From contig OX597831.1 in assembly GCA_951406725.2 (NCBI GenBank), positions 31,620,001 to 31,684,000 of the forward strand: 64,000 nucleotides of DNA. The letters are read 5' to 3'. Shown here in pieces: positions 37,480-51,254 of the stretch (the first letter of the stretch is position 1; every line of letters begins with the position of its first letter). The position numbers were made by a program, and so were the translations under genes. The notes below the pieces were generated by a model. The model saw only the letters and a program-made list of their open reading frames with translations, was not told the origin of the DNA and ran no database searches. The DNA is from Octopus vulgaris (Eukaryota).

Positions 37480-38720
37480 CATCATCATCATCATTTTAAT
37501 GTACGTTTTCCATGCTGGCATGGGTTGGATGGCTCAACTGGGGTCTGGGAAGCAAGGAGGCTGCACCAGGCTCCACTCGGATCTGACAGTGTTTCTACAG
37601 CTGGATGCCCTTTCTAACGCCAACCACTCTGCGAGTGTAGTGGGTGCTTTTTACGTGCCACCGGCACAGGGATCACAACTGCAATTTCCATTTGATTTTG
37701 ATGTACTTGACTCAATAGGTCTCCTCAAGTACAGTATATATATATATATATATATATATATTCATTTTGTTTGTCATTTGAATGCGGCCATGCTGGAGCA
37801 TCGCCTTTAGTCAAACAAGTTGACCCCAGGACTTATTCTTTGTAAACCTAGTACTTATCCTATTGGTCTCTTTTGCCAAACCGCTAAGTTATGCGGATGT
37901 AAACACACCAACATCGGTTGTTAAGCAATGGTGGGGGGACAAACACAGACGCACACATATGTATGACAGGCTTCTTTCAGTTTCCGTCTATCAAATCCAC
38001 TCACAAGGCTTTGGTCGGCCAGAGGCTATAGTAGAAAACACTTACCCAAGGTGACCTGTAGTGGGACTGAACCTGGAACCATGTGGTTGGGAAGCAAGCT
38101 ACTTACCACACAGCCATGCCCACACACACACACACACTCACTCACTCTTAAGTATACGCACATACAGAGGAGTAGGTACAGCTAGTTAAGAAGTTTACAT
38201 CCCAGTGAATTTGGTAGATGGAAACAGAATGATTAAAATTGTGAGTGAGTGTGCTTATATATATATATATATATTGTGTACATTTTATTGGCACCTGTGC
38301 CAGTGGAGTGCTAACAGCTCCATCCGAGCGGGATCACTGCCAGAGCAGCTGTTTGACTTGTGTGCCGGTGGCACGTAAAAAGCACCATTTGAGTATGATC
38401 GTTACCAGCATCGCCTTACTGGCACGTGAACAAAACATTCGAGCGAGGTCGTTGCCAGTGCTGCTGGACTGAATCCTGTGCAGGTGGCACGTAAAAAACA
38501 CCATTTCGAGCATAGCCATTGCCAGTACCGCCAGACTGGCCCTCGTGCCAGTTGCATGTAAAAGCACCCACTACACTGTCGGAGTGGTTGGGGTTAGGAA
38601 GCGCATCCAGTTGTAGAAACTCTGCCAGATCAGATTGCAGCCATCTGGTTCGCCAGTCCTCAGTCAAATTGTCCAACCCATGCTAGAATTGAAAGCGGAT
38701 GTTAAATGATGATGATAATG

Positions 38721-38722
<2 letters not shown>
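37480..38722. mobile_element. Cluster: RTE 3'-UTR element (-), SINE A (-), RTE 3'-UTR (+)
   Basis: Same diagnostic motifs as the other copies in the window. Confidence 0.75.
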
Positions 38723-38751
<29 letters not shown>

Positions 38752-39147
38752 CTAGCAGTATCGCCCGGCGTTGCTCGGGTTTGTAAGGGAAATAACTATA
38801 AAGCATTTTTAGAGAGTTATAGCCAAAAATAGCAAAAAAATGCATTAAAAATGGAAAAAAACATTATAGTAATTTTTTTTTAAATCGTTGACTCATCGGA
38901 GACATTTTTAGAGAGTTATTTCCCTTATATAATAGCAAAAAAATGCATTAAAATGGAAAAAAATGATGGTAAATTATTTTGAAAATCGTATACTCATCGT
39001 AGACGCGCGCTAATACCCAGAAGGGCTCGATATGAATCACGACTATAAGATACCCGGTTTTGGTTAAACTGCACCACAAAATGTGGGAGTAGTTAGGAAT
39101 CTAAATTGTAGGAGACAGACACACAACTTCACTTTTATATATAAAGA
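38752..39147 (-). mobile_element. Non-autonomous Helitron unit
   Basis: Minus strand starts TCTTTATATATAAAAG and ends CCCGAGCAACGCCGGG-cgatactg-CTAG|T (subterminal hairpin plus CTRR). Confidence 0.85.
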
Positions 39148-39149
39148 TT

Positions 39150-41677
39150 TGTGGAAAGTGTGACTGCGCATGCGGGAAAGTGTGACTGCGCATGTCCGAA
39201 AGTGTGATTGCGCATGCACGAACGTGTGACTGCGCATGCGGGAAAGTATAAATGCGCATGCGCGAAGTGTGACTGCGCATACGCGAACGTGAATGCGCAT
39301 GCGCGAAAGGGTGACCGCACATGCGCGAACGTGTGGCTGCGCAAGCGCGAAAGTGTGACTGCGCAAGCGCGAAAATGTGACTGCGCGAAAGTGTAACTGC
39401 GCATGCGCAAAGTATGAATGCGCATGCGCGAAAGTGTGAATGCGCATGCGCGAAAGTGTGAATGCGCATGCGCGGATATGTGAATGCGCATGCGCGAAAG
39501 TGACTGCGTTTGCGCGGATATGTAACTGCGCATGCGCGAAAGTGTGAATGCGCATGCGCGAAAGTGTGATTGCGCATGCGCGGATATGTGACTACGCATG
39601 CGCGAAAATGTCACTGCGCATGCGCCGACGTGTGACAACGCATGCGCGAATGTGTGACTGCGCATGCGCGAAAATGTGACTGCGCATGCGCGAAAGTGTC
39701 ACTGCGCATGCGTGAACGTGTAAATGCACAAGCGCGAAAGTATGACTGCGCATGCCCGAAAATATGACAGCGCTGCGCGAACGTGTGACTGCGCATGCGT
39801 AAAAGTGTGACGGCGCATGCGCGAACGTGTGACTGCGCATGTGCGAAAGTGTGGCCACACATGCGCGAATGTGTGACTGCGCATGCGGGAACGTGTGACT
39901 GCGCATGCGCGTAAGTGTGACTCCGCGAAAGTGTGAATGCGCATGCGCGAAAGTGTGAATGCGCATTCGCGGATATGTGAGTGCACACGCGCGAAAGTGT
40001 GACTGCGCATGCGCGAACTGTGACTACGCATGCGCGAATGTGTGACTGGGCATGCGCGAACATGTGACTGCGCATGCGCGAACGTGTGACACGAAAATAT
40101 GACAGCGCTGCGCGAACATGTGACTGCGCATGCGCAAAAGTGCGGATGTGTGAATGCGCATGCGCGAATGTGTGACTACGCATGCGCGGAAGTGTGAATG
40201 CGCATGCGCGGATATGTAACTGCGCATGCGCGAACGTGTGACGGCGCATGCGCGAATGTATGACTGCGCATGCGCGAACGTGTGACTGCGCATGCGCGAA
40301 AGTGTGACTGCGCATGCGCGGATATGTCACTGCGCATGCGCGAAAGTGTGACTGCGCATGCGCGGATATGTGACTGCGCATGCGCGAAAGTGTGACTGCG
40401 CATGCGCGGATATGTGACTGCGCATGCGCGAATGTGTGACTGCGCATGAGCGAAAGTGTGAAAGCGCATGCGTGAAAGTGTGACTGCGCATGCGCGAAAG
40501 TGTGACTGCGCATGCGCGAAAGTGTGACTGCGCATGCACGAAAGTGTGACTGCGCATGCGCGGATGTGTCACTGCGCGTGCGCGAAAGTGTGACTGCGCA
40601 TGCGCGAAAGTATGAATGCGCATGAGCGTATGGGCGGATATGTGACTGCGCATGCGCGAAAGTGTGACTGCGCATGCGCGAAAGTGTGCCTGCGCTTGCG
40701 CGAAAGTGTGGATGCGCATGCGCGAAAGTGTGACTGCGCATGCGCGAATGTGTCACTGCGCATGCGCGAAAGTGTGACTGCGCATGCGCGAAAGTATGAA
40801 TGCGCATGCGCGAAAGTGTGACTGCGCATGCGCGAAAGTGTGGATGCGCGTGCGCGAAAGTGTGACTGCGAATGCGCGGATATGTGAATGCGCATACGCG
40901 AAAGTGTGACTGCGCATGCGCTGATATGTGACTGCGAATGTGTGACTGCGCATGCGCGAAATTGTGACTGCGCATGCGCGAAAGTCTGACTACGCATGCG
41001 CGAATGTGTGACTGCGCATGCGCGAGAGTGTGACTGCGCATGCGCGAATGTGTGAATGCGCATGCGCGAATGTGTGACTGCGCATGCGCGAAAGTGTGAC
41101 TACGCATGCGCGGATATGTCACTGCGCATGCGCGAAAGTGTCACTGCGCATGCGCGAAAGTGTGACTGCGTATGGACGGATATGTGACTGCGCATGCGCG
41201 AACGTGTGACTGCACATGCGCGAAAGTGTCACTGCGCATGCGCGGATATGTCACTGCCCATGCGCGAAAGTGTGACTGCGCATGCGCGAAAGTGGATGCG
41301 CATGCGCGGATATGTGACTGCGCATATGCGAAAGTGTGACTGCGCATGCGCGGATATGTGACTGCGCATGCGCGAATGTGTGACTGCGCATTAGCGAAAG
41401 TGTGAAAGCGCATGCGTGAAAGTGTGACTGCGCATGCGCGGATATTTGACTGCGCATGCGCGAAAGTGTGACTACGCATGCGCGAATGTGTGACTGCGCA
41501 TGCGCGAGCGTGTGACTGCGCATGCGCGAGCGTGTGACTGCGCATGCGCGAGCGTGTGACTGCGCATGCGTGAAATGTGTGACTGCCCATCGCGAATGTG
41601 TGAGCGCGCATGCGCGAATGTGTGACTGCGCATGCGCGAAAGTGTGACTACGCATGCGCGAATGTGTGGCTGCGCAT
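39150..41677. repeat. 22-bp satellite array 1 (AAAGTGTGACTGCGCATGCGCG), about 115 units
   Basis: Directly visible; 22-aa periodicity of overlapping ORFs equals 3 x 22 bp. Confidence 0.95.
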
Positions 41678-42010
41678 TTTTAGAGAGTTATAGCCAAAAA
41701 TAGCAAAAAAATGCATTAAAAATGGAAAAAAAATTATAGTAATTTTTTTTTTAAATCGTTGACTCATCGTAGACATTTTTAGAGAGTTACTTCCCTTATA
41801 TAATAGCAAAAAAATGCATCAAAATGGAAAAATGATGGTAAATTGTTTTGAAAATCGTATACTCATCGTAGACGCGCGCTGATACCCAGAAGGGCTCGAT
41901 ATGAATCACGACTATAAGATACCCGGTTTTGGTTAAACTGCAACACAAAATGTGGGAGTAGTTAGGAATCTAAATTGTAGGAGACAGACACACAACTTCA
42001 CTTTTATATA
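41675..42010 (-). mobile_element. Internal Helitron 5' segment repeated between the satellite arrays
   Basis: Near-identical to about 38804-39143. Confidence 0.85.
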
Positions 42011-42014
42011 ATTA

Positions 42015-43440
42015 TTTGTGGAAAGTGTGACTGCGCATGCGCGAACGTGTGCGTGCGCATGCGCGAATGTGTGACTGCGCATGCGCGAACGTGTGACTGC
42101 GCATGCATGAAAGTGTGATTGCGCATGCGCGAACATGTGACTGCGCTTGCGCGAAAGTTTAAATGCTCATGCTCGAACGTGTGACTGCGCATGCGCGAAC
42201 GTGACTGCGCGTTCGCGAAAGTGTGACCTCACAAGTACGAACGTGTGGCTGCACGAAAGTGTAACTGCGCATGCCCGAAAGTGTGACTGCGCATGCGCAA
42301 AAGTGTGAATGTGCATGCGCGAAAGTGTGAATGCGCATGCGCGGACATGTGACTGCGCATGCGCGAATGTGTACTGCGCATGCGCGAATGTGTGACTGCG
42401 GATGCGCGAAAGTGTGAATGTGCATGCGCGAAAGTGATTGCGCATGCGCGGACGTGCGATTTTGCATGCGCGAAAATGTGACAGCGCATGCGCGGATATG
42501 TGACTGCGCGTGCGCGAACGGGTGACTACGCATGCGCGAATGTGTGACTGCGCATGCGCGAACGTGTAACTGCGCATGCGCGAAAGTGTGAATGCGCATG
42601 TGCGAAAGTATGAATGCGCATGCGCGGATATGTGACTATGCATGCGCGAAAGTGTGACTACGCATGCTCGAATGTGTGACTGCGCATGCGCGAACGGGTG
42701 ACTACGCATGCGCGAATGTGTGACTCGCATGCGCGAATGTGTAACTGCGCATGCGCGAAAGTGTGAGTTCGCATGCGCGGATATGTGACTATGCATGCGC
42801 GAAAGTGTGACTACGCATGCGCGAATGTGTGACTGCGCATGCGCGAACGGGTGACTGCGCATGCGCGAAAGTGTGAATGCGCATGTGTGAAAGTTTGATT
42901 GCGCATGCGGGAAAGTGTGACTGCGCATGCGCGAAAGTGTGACTGCGCATGCGCGAATGTGTGACTGCGCATGCGCGAAAGTGTGACTGCGCATGCGCGA
43001 ACGTGTGACTGCGCATGCGCGAAAGTGTGAATGCGCATGCGCGGTTATGTGAATGCGCATGCGCGAATGTGTGACTGCGCATGCGCGAAAGTGTAACTAC
43101 GCGTGCGCGAATGTGTGATTGCGAAAGTGTGAATGCGCATGCGCGAAAGTGTGAATGCGCATGCGCGAAAGTATGACTGCGCATGCGCGGATATGTGACT
43201 GTGCATGCGCGAAAGTGTGACTGCGCATGCGCGAAAGTGTGAATGCGCATATATGTGACTGCGCACGCGAACGTTTGACTGAGCATGCGCGAAAGTTTGA
43301 ATGTGCTTGCGCGAACGTGTGAGTGCACATGCGCGAACGTGTGACTGCACATGCGCGAATGTGTGACTGCGCATGCCCGAAAGTGTGACTGCGCATGCGC
43401 GAAAGTGTGACTACGCATGCGCGAAAGTGTGACTGCGTAG
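42015..43440. repeat. 22-bp satellite array 2, about 65 units
   Basis: Same monomer as array 1. Confidence 0.95.
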
Positions 43441-43444
43441 TCAC

Positions 43445-44247
43445 ACTTTACGAGGGAGGGAAGAAGGGGGAGAAGCAACACAGGTGCAGGTGTGAGCATG
43501 GACGCCAACTCCGCCTCCATCGACACACGAAAAATTTGGAAGAAATGGAAAAAAATGATGTTAAATTATTTTTTAAATCGTAGAGTCATCGTAGACGCGC
43601 GCTAATACCCAGACGGTCTCGATATGAATCACGACTATAAGATACCCGAATTTGGTTAAACTGCACCGCAAAATGTGGGAGTAGTTAGGAATCTAAATCC
43701 TAGGAGACAGACACTCACACAACTTTACTTTTATATATATACTAGCAGTATCGCCCGGTGTTGCTCGGGTTTGTAAGGGAAATAACTATATAAGCATTTT
43801 TAGAGAGTTACTTCCCTTATAAATTCAGGCTTTCTTAGCCATTTTTGTTTTGGTGTCTTCAAGCCATGAAGTCGTTGTTCTAAAAGAACGCTGGTTTCCT
43901 TCACAACGCATTACGACGTTGATTTCTTTACACTCCCTTCCCCACAGCTTCACGAGGGAGGGAAGGGGGAGAAGCAAACAGGTGCAGCTGTGACCATGGA
44001 CGCCAACTCCGCCGCCATCGACATACGATGCATTTTATGCATTAAAATGGAATAAAAAATGATGTTAAATTATTTTTAAAATCGTAGACTCATCGTTGAC
44101 GCGCGCTAATAGTGAGATGGGCTCGATATGAATCACGACTATAAGATACCCGAATTTGGTTAAACTGCACTGCAAAATGTGGGAGGAGTTAGGAATCTAA
44201 ATCGAAGGGGACAGACACTCACACAACTAGAGTTTTATATATATAGA
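43445..44247 (-). mobile_element. Helitron 5' segment (43445-43740) abutting a complete Helitron unit (43742-44247)
   Basis: Second 'ctagcagtatcgcccggtgttgctcggg' 3' end at 43742; 5' TCTATATATATAAAAC at 44247. Confidence 0.85.
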
Positions 44248-44682
44248 TATATATAGATATATATATATATATAAAGTCTGTTTTAAAGTTGAAAGGATTA
44301 AGGTTTAGAAAATATGCATTAAACACAATATCCAAACCTTGTTTCAGAGTAAGTTGTGTGTCCACCAGGTGTCATCAGTAATATTTTGCATTCATCGTTG
44401 GATCAACTTCCAGGAATTCCAGGGTGCACATAGAGTGTATGTATTGAAGATTAATCCTTAATATATATATTATATAATAAAACAGAGTTTGTGTGTGTGT
44501 ACGTTCCCTATGGAATGTACGCACACACACATTTTGGATGCATGTCTTTGAAGTTTCATATTGTTGTTGGATGCTCGAAATGAGTAGTAGACAGACAGCA
44601 GAAAGCTGATGAAGGGTCTTTACTCTCTGTTTATTTGCCCTGTTTTCCATTTTTTTGTTGTTTACATATCTAACTCGTTTCA

Positions 44683-46290
44683 TTATCATCATCGTTTAAC
44701 GTCCGTTTTCCGTGCTAGCATGGGTTGGATGGTTCAACTGGGGTCTGGGAAGCCAAGGGGCTGCACCAGGCTCCAGGCTGATCTGGCAGTGTTTCTACAG
44801 CTGGATGCCCCTCCTAATGCCAACCACTCCGTGAGTATAGTGGGTGCTTTTTATGTGCCACTGGCACAGGTATCACAACAACAATTTCTATTTGATATTT
44901 ATTTTGATGTTGATGTACTTGACTCAATAGGTCTCCTCAAGCACAGCAGGTCATGTGCCACCGGCACAGAAGCCAGTCAAGGCGGCGCTGGCATCGGCCA
45001 CGTTCGGATGGTGCTTTTTATGTGCCGCCAGCACAGGTATCGTAACTACAATTTCCATTTGATATTTATTTTGATATTGATGTACTTGACTCTGTAGGTC
45101 TCCTCAAGCACAGCAGGTCACCCTATGATCCAAGGTAAGCAAGGCAGGTCATTCTGCAATCCAAGGCACTTTGAATGGGCTGGGGCTATGCAAGACTGGT
45201 GCAGGAAGCAGCCCGGGTCTTTGCAGTCACAGCATATATCCTGAGATCTTGGTCTTTCGTCATTGCCTCTGTGAGGCCCAACGTTCGAAGGTCATGCTTG
45301 ACTACCTCATCCCATGTCTTCCTGGGTCTACCTCTCCTCCTGATACCTTCAACTGTTTGGGAGTGGCACTTCTTCACACATCTCTCCTCATCCATCCACA
45401 GTACATGACCATACCAGCGCAAATGTCTCTCTTGCACACCACATCTGATGCTTCTTATGTCCAGCATTTCTCTCAGAGTGCTTACACTCTGTCGTGTGTG
45501 CACACTGACATTACACATCCCTCAGATCATGCTAGCTTCATTTCTTTCAAGTCTACGCATGTCCTCTGCTGTCACAGCCCATGTTTCACTACCGTGAAGC
45601 ATGGCAGTTCGCACGCATGCATCGTACAATCTACCTTTCACTCTGAGCGAGAGAACCTTTGTCACCAGTAGGGGTAGGAACTTTCTAAACTTTTCCCTGG
45701 CTATTCGTATTCTAGTGGTGACACTCTCTGAGCATCCACCTCCACTACTAACTTGGTCACCTTGGTAGCGGAAACTATCAACTACTTCTGGCTTCTTCCC
45801 CTGGAGTGTGATGGAATCTGTTTTCTGAGAATCTGTGGTGTTTATTGCCCCTGTGCATCTGCCGCACATGAAAGCTATCTTCTCAGTTAATTTTCCTTTG
45901 ATGTTGCTGCACCTCTTATGCATCCATATCTTACACTGGATACATCTTATAGAGTTTCTACCTACATCTTTTCTACAGATCGAGCAGGGCCACCTGCCCA
46001 AGTGTGATGAGTTCGCCTTTCTGCTTACTATAACTTTGGTCTTTGCTACATTTACTCTAAGGCCCTTCGATTCTAAACCTAGCTTCCACACCCAAAATTT
46101 CTTTTCTAGTTCCGGTAGTGATTCTGCTATGAGGGCCAGGTCATCAGCATAGAGGAGCAGGTACCAGGAGCAACCCGTCTTGAATTCCTCTGTTATTGCT
46201 TGGAGGACTATGATGAATAGAAGGGGACTAAGGGCTGAACCTTGGTGGACCCCTACTTCTACCCGGAATTCTTCACTATACACGTTCTTC
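44683..46290 (-). mobile_element. RTE LINE 3' half with 3'-UTR
   Basis: GVHQGSALSPLLF, YADDL, GRPRKTW; in-frame stop at about 45522; (GAT)n tail. Confidence 0.9.
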
Positions 46291-46295
46291 ACTAT

Positions 46296-46428
46296 ACTCG
46301 TTGTTTACATATTTCATGTTATTTGTACTGTTGGTGACGTCCTATACCCGTATATGCATATATATATATATATGGGTATAGGACGTCACCAACAGTACAA
46401 ATAATATGAACTACGTAAACAAACAAGT
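46296..46428. repeat. Hairpin with (TA)n loop
   Basis: 'ttatttgtactgttggtgacgtcctataccc' vs 'gggtataggacgtcaccaacagtacaaataa'. Confidence 0.85.
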
Positions 46429-46923
46429 TAAATATATATATATATATATATATAATCACATCATCATCCATCATTTTGAATTTGGGTTTTGTCCCTGTTA
46501 ACGGGGGTGGCTGGATCTACTTCAATGCCATAGCAATCACCCTCCCACCATCTCCCCATCTTGCCTGGTTTTGGGCATCCTACCTTCTCAAGCCAACCCT
46601 CCCAACCTCCTCCTCCTCCACCTGTCCTCTCCAGATTTTCCACAGTTTACCTCACTTTCACTGTCCATTTACCTCAAACTCTAGCACACACACACACACA
46701 CACATGAGGTGTTGCTGAAAGGTTTCTGGCTTTGGATAAAACAAAATTCCAGAGAATCAGTTAATTATGATTTTATTCAACATTCTCCTCTCAGATTCAC
46801 ACAATTATTGCAGCGGTCCTTCAGTTTTTCTAAGCCCTGTAAAAGAACACAGAAGGTTGGGCCTCCAACCAGATCTTTCGTGATACCCCTAAAGCCAAGA
46901 ATTTTTCAACACCTTGTATGTAA

Positions 46924-46965
<42 letters not shown>

Positions 46966-47021
46966 CTGTTTGTTTTGTACACAACCTGTTTTCGTCTTTT
47001 GTTTTTTTTGTAAACTCTCCC

Positions 47022-47099
<78 letters not shown>

Positions 47100-49749
47100 G
47101 ATGTACATGTATGTATATGTATATGTAGATGTACATGTATGTATATGTAATATATATACATGAGAGAGAGAGCTATACCAGCATAGAAGATTAGTATGTA
47201 TGTGTGTGTGTGCATCCTCACACAGTGTAACACAATCCTCACAGGAAATAGTTTTGCTTGTTTTTCTGTGGTAACGGCACCATCATCATCATCATTACAA
47301 CCACTGAAAACATCCCTGTCACCACCACCATCTCCATTCCCATCACTGCAAACACCACACGTGTGATCACTCTCGTTATCTCACCACCACAACCAACTCC
47401 ATCATCGTCAATATTTTTGTTCATAATATCAATAATGATTATTGTAAATTCAATTGTTTCGACAGGTATCTTAAATAACTGGATTGTGCAAAGTTAGTCC
47501 CTTGTAAACATAACAAACCTGTCTTTTGATTACAAAATATCATTGTTTTTCTTGCTCTTTTTTTTTTCCTTTTACTTACTAACACTACTAATTATACTCC
47601 CACCATCACCACAAGGGCTTTGAGCCATCTGCACCTGTATTCAGGTGCATTCAACCAGAAAATAGATTCACTGTTAAATCTCTCTATTTTAGCTTTGTCT
47701 TAATTGGAAACTGGTATAAAGGTTAGTTAAATTACTCTCTCTGTCTGTCTGTCTGTCTGTCTCTCTCTATACACACACACATATAAACATTTCATTTCAG
47801 CCTTGCAGTAATTTCTTTCCAGTCATCCAGTCAACTTGTTTAAAATCTCTTGGATGCTTTTCAGTCAAATTTCTGGTCAACTTCACATATTTCTTCTACA
47901 ACCAAATGACGTCTCTGTTTTTTTTCCACAGTTATTTCCACTCAACTTTTCACTAAGAATTAAGCCAAGACTCTTCTCCACCATTCCCAGTGAAACTGCC
48001 AATTTATGTTCTTCTCACAGACAGACGTACTCCAAGAATGAAATGTCAACCCAACCTTCTCTCATGATGCCAACTTTCTTGTGAAGATTTTCTGACCAGT
48101 TTATTTCTTCCTGATTTTATTAAAAATTTTTTAATCCAGTTTCCAAAACATTTCCAACAACTTGAAGTGGTCACATTCTAATTATTTTACCAATTTAAAG
48201 TGACAGGACCGGACAATATGATTTAATCACAAAAATATTTGGATACAATTAATATTAGTTACCATTATTTTGTTATCAGTATTGTTATTCATATTTTAAA
48301 CCAAAAGGTATGGAAATATATATTTAATATTATTTAATATGATTTAACTTTTTTTACTGCAGAAATCAGATAAAATCCACTTAAAATTTCATTACCTTTA
48401 ACTACAGAAGCAGTTTTATATGTGAATCTATCTTTTCTTGAGGAATATTATGTTTGATAGTAATTTTTGTTGTGATATGTCCAGTTTATTGAGGGGTCAT
48501 GACTTGCAGAAAATACCAATTCTATTTTTTGATGGATATTTAAGATCATTTCTGGAATAACATTGGAATTCAGTTTCACAGTTAAAGGGTTAACATTATG
48601 GTTTTTCTTGTTCTTCTTTCTCTTTTCTTTTTTCCCAATATTTAGTTCCATCCACTATGTTCAAGAAAAGTCCTGTGGCCTAGTGGTTAAGGTGTTGTAC
48701 TCATGGCTCCCAGATCACAGTTTCAATTCCTGGACCAGGGTGTGTGTTGTGTTTTTGAGTAAAACATTTCGTGTTGGTCCAGTCCAATCAGTCATAAATG
48801 ACTGACCCCACTACAAACCTGTGCCCCATTTACTTCTGCTCCATGGGAACTGGGTAACTGGCCCTATGGGTCCTCGGACTTGAGACAGAAATGTCCAGGA
48901 GTCGATAATGATGATTCTGTTCAGAGTTCAAATCCCTTGAAATTCATAGGTACCTGACATACACTGGGGCCAAACCAGTCAACTTTGTTACAGTCCACTA
49001 AAGACTGAAAAATCATCATCAGGGTTCAGGGGAAAATACTTTTATAGTATGTGTTCTGAGTTCAAATTCTGCCGAGGTTGACTTCACTTTTCATCCCTTT
49101 CTAAAATAAATACCAGTTGACCACTGGGGTCAATGTAATTGACTTTTTGTTTCCCTTGAAATTACTGGCCTTGTGCTTATCATAGTAATGGTTATTATTA
49201 TTATTATGTTTCCTTTGCTCAGCTTCTAACAAAGGAGGAGGATGGGGTCACTGTCAGTGTTCATTATCAATGGACTGCGGTAACACCCCCTATTTTTCAA
49301 GTGCCCTCTGGTCAATGTACTTCTCAGATTCTACTTGCTCTGGTTCAATTCCATAAGAGGGGACAACAACCTGTTGTCAAGGATTTCACAGAGTCTCTTT
49401 TCAGGATACTTAACATCCAAGCACCAGTTCCAAAATCCTTGCTGTCCCCCAATAAAGCATTTTTCTGAGCATCTTCTACCTTCATCTCAATCCCAATTTC
49501 TCCAACAAATTTCTGAAACTTGGTTGTTTTTCATCATCATCATCTCTATCATTTAGCGTCTGTTTTCCATGCTAGCATGGGTTGGACGGTTCAACTGGGG
49601 TCTGTGAAGCTGGAAGGCTTCATCAGGCCCAGCCAGATCTGGCAGTGTTTCTACGGCTGGATGCCCTTCCTAACGCCAACCACTCCGTGAGTGTAGTGGG
49701 TGCTTTTTACGTGCCACCCGCACAGGTGCCAGACAGAGATCATCATAAT

Positions 49750-49780
<31 letters not shown>

Positions 49781-49845
49781 GAATTATTTATAAAATATGT
49801 TATTTACATCTTTTTCATGTTGACAGTTGTAGACTGAAAGCAGTG

Positions 49846-50233
49846 ATGGATGTTTGCCCTTATCTTTCAGTAATGAAACTTCTAGAGAAACTCATACAAA
49901 GGGCTGACCATCTGTTGCGACTGTTGTTGTTTCTGCACGTTTTTTGCACCATTTGTCAACAGGCTGCAATTTCACAATCCAACATGGTTCGAAATGTAAC
50001 TTACAGAAAGATTCCCAACAAGAATTTCAGACGTTCCTTTGGCATCAATGGAAGCCGTCATCGTCAAGAGAGGAGGGTGCGCAGTGTTATTGAGTGCAGC
50101 GTATTTTGCATGGAATCACCGAGTTGCACCTTTTTCACCTTTTGGAGGAAGAGGAAATGTGAGAGGTTCTCCGATTGGCAAATGATTACCACCTCGTCTT
50201 CATGGAAAGATGTTTCCTACATACAGACTTACG
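49846..50233 (+). CDS. Uncharacterised, probably secreted PAN/Apple-domain protein, first coding exon (start at 49846 or 49873)
   Basis: Hydrophobic LLRLLLFLHVFCTIC signal-like segment; SVIECSVFCMESPSCTFFTF...C is a PAN-like Cys pattern; acg|gtaagg donor (phase 1). Confidence 0.75.
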
Positions 50234-50594
50234 GTAAGGAAACTGATAAAATATTAGGGAGTAAATCCAAACTTACAGGGAAAAATTAGATTTAGGATTA
50301 AATCTAATTTTATAGTATAAATATATATTATATTAAATTAGAGATAAAACCACTACTAGGCAAATCAAATCAAATCAAACAGCCAATACATAGAAATAAA
50401 ATTAAATAAAAAATATAAAAAATATAAAATATAAAAATCCAATTAAAATATTTAAATTAAAGTTAAAATTTTAAAAAATTATTTAAATTAATAAATTAAA
50501 CTTATAAATTTTAAATATATATATATATATATATGTATTTTTATTATTTTATTTATTTATTTATTTATTTATATAAATAAATAAATAAAATAAT

Positions 50595-50653
<59 letters not shown>

Positions 50654-51102
50654 TGGGAATAGTGTGTCTCCTTGACTTGACATTGTGCATAATCATCATC
50701 ATTTAACATCCGTTGTCCATGCTGGCATGAGCTGGACAGTTTAACCAGGGATGGCAAGCTGGAAGGCTGCACCAGACTCCAATCTGATCTCTGCAATGCT
50801 TGTAAAATGAGCATTACCAATGTAGAAGCAGTGTCCTTTATTTCCAATCTCCCTTAAAAAAAATATAACCACAATAGGAAAATATTACCTTGCTTGGTGA
50901 CAGGTGAGCATTAGCAACAGGAAAGGTATCCAGCTGTAGGTAATCAGTATCAATGAATTCTGTCTGACCCATGCAAGCATGGAGAATAGAACGTTAAAAC
51001 AATAATTACAATAATGTGTACACTAAGTAATCTCATCAATTGTATGCTTTTTGTTTTTTTTCTTTTATTTGTCTCCTTAGAATTTTTTCTTTTCTCTTCA
51101 AG

Positions 51103-51254
51103 ACTCTTTGTGGTATAAAGCCTTCTCATTCAACACCAATTCCATGTCTAGCCCTGCTGATGTATTCTTTGGCAAACATAATCGAAGTCGCCCTCATTCT
51201 GAATTCTACCGAAGTTCTATCCTTGATGTCTGGGATTCTCTTAATATTAATGAG
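51103..51254 (+). CDS. Same gene, exon 2
   Basis: ctcttcaag| and gag|gtaaac; phase 1-0; DSLWYKAF...FYRSSILDVWDSLNINE. Confidence 0.75.

Noticed and set aside
39150-43440. CRISPR-like array
   Set aside because: Units are directly tandem with no unique spacers; eukaryotic context with no cas genes
39064-43526. Long ORFs (up to 503 aa) rich in AHAQSH/RMRSHT
   Set aside because: Translations of the 22-bp satellite, open in several frames at once; no coding evidence
44327-44385. Additional hammerhead-like cores (here on -, also about 6476-6525, 8080-8130, 36100-36135)
   Set aside because: Core or stems too degenerate to call; at most decayed pLTR relics
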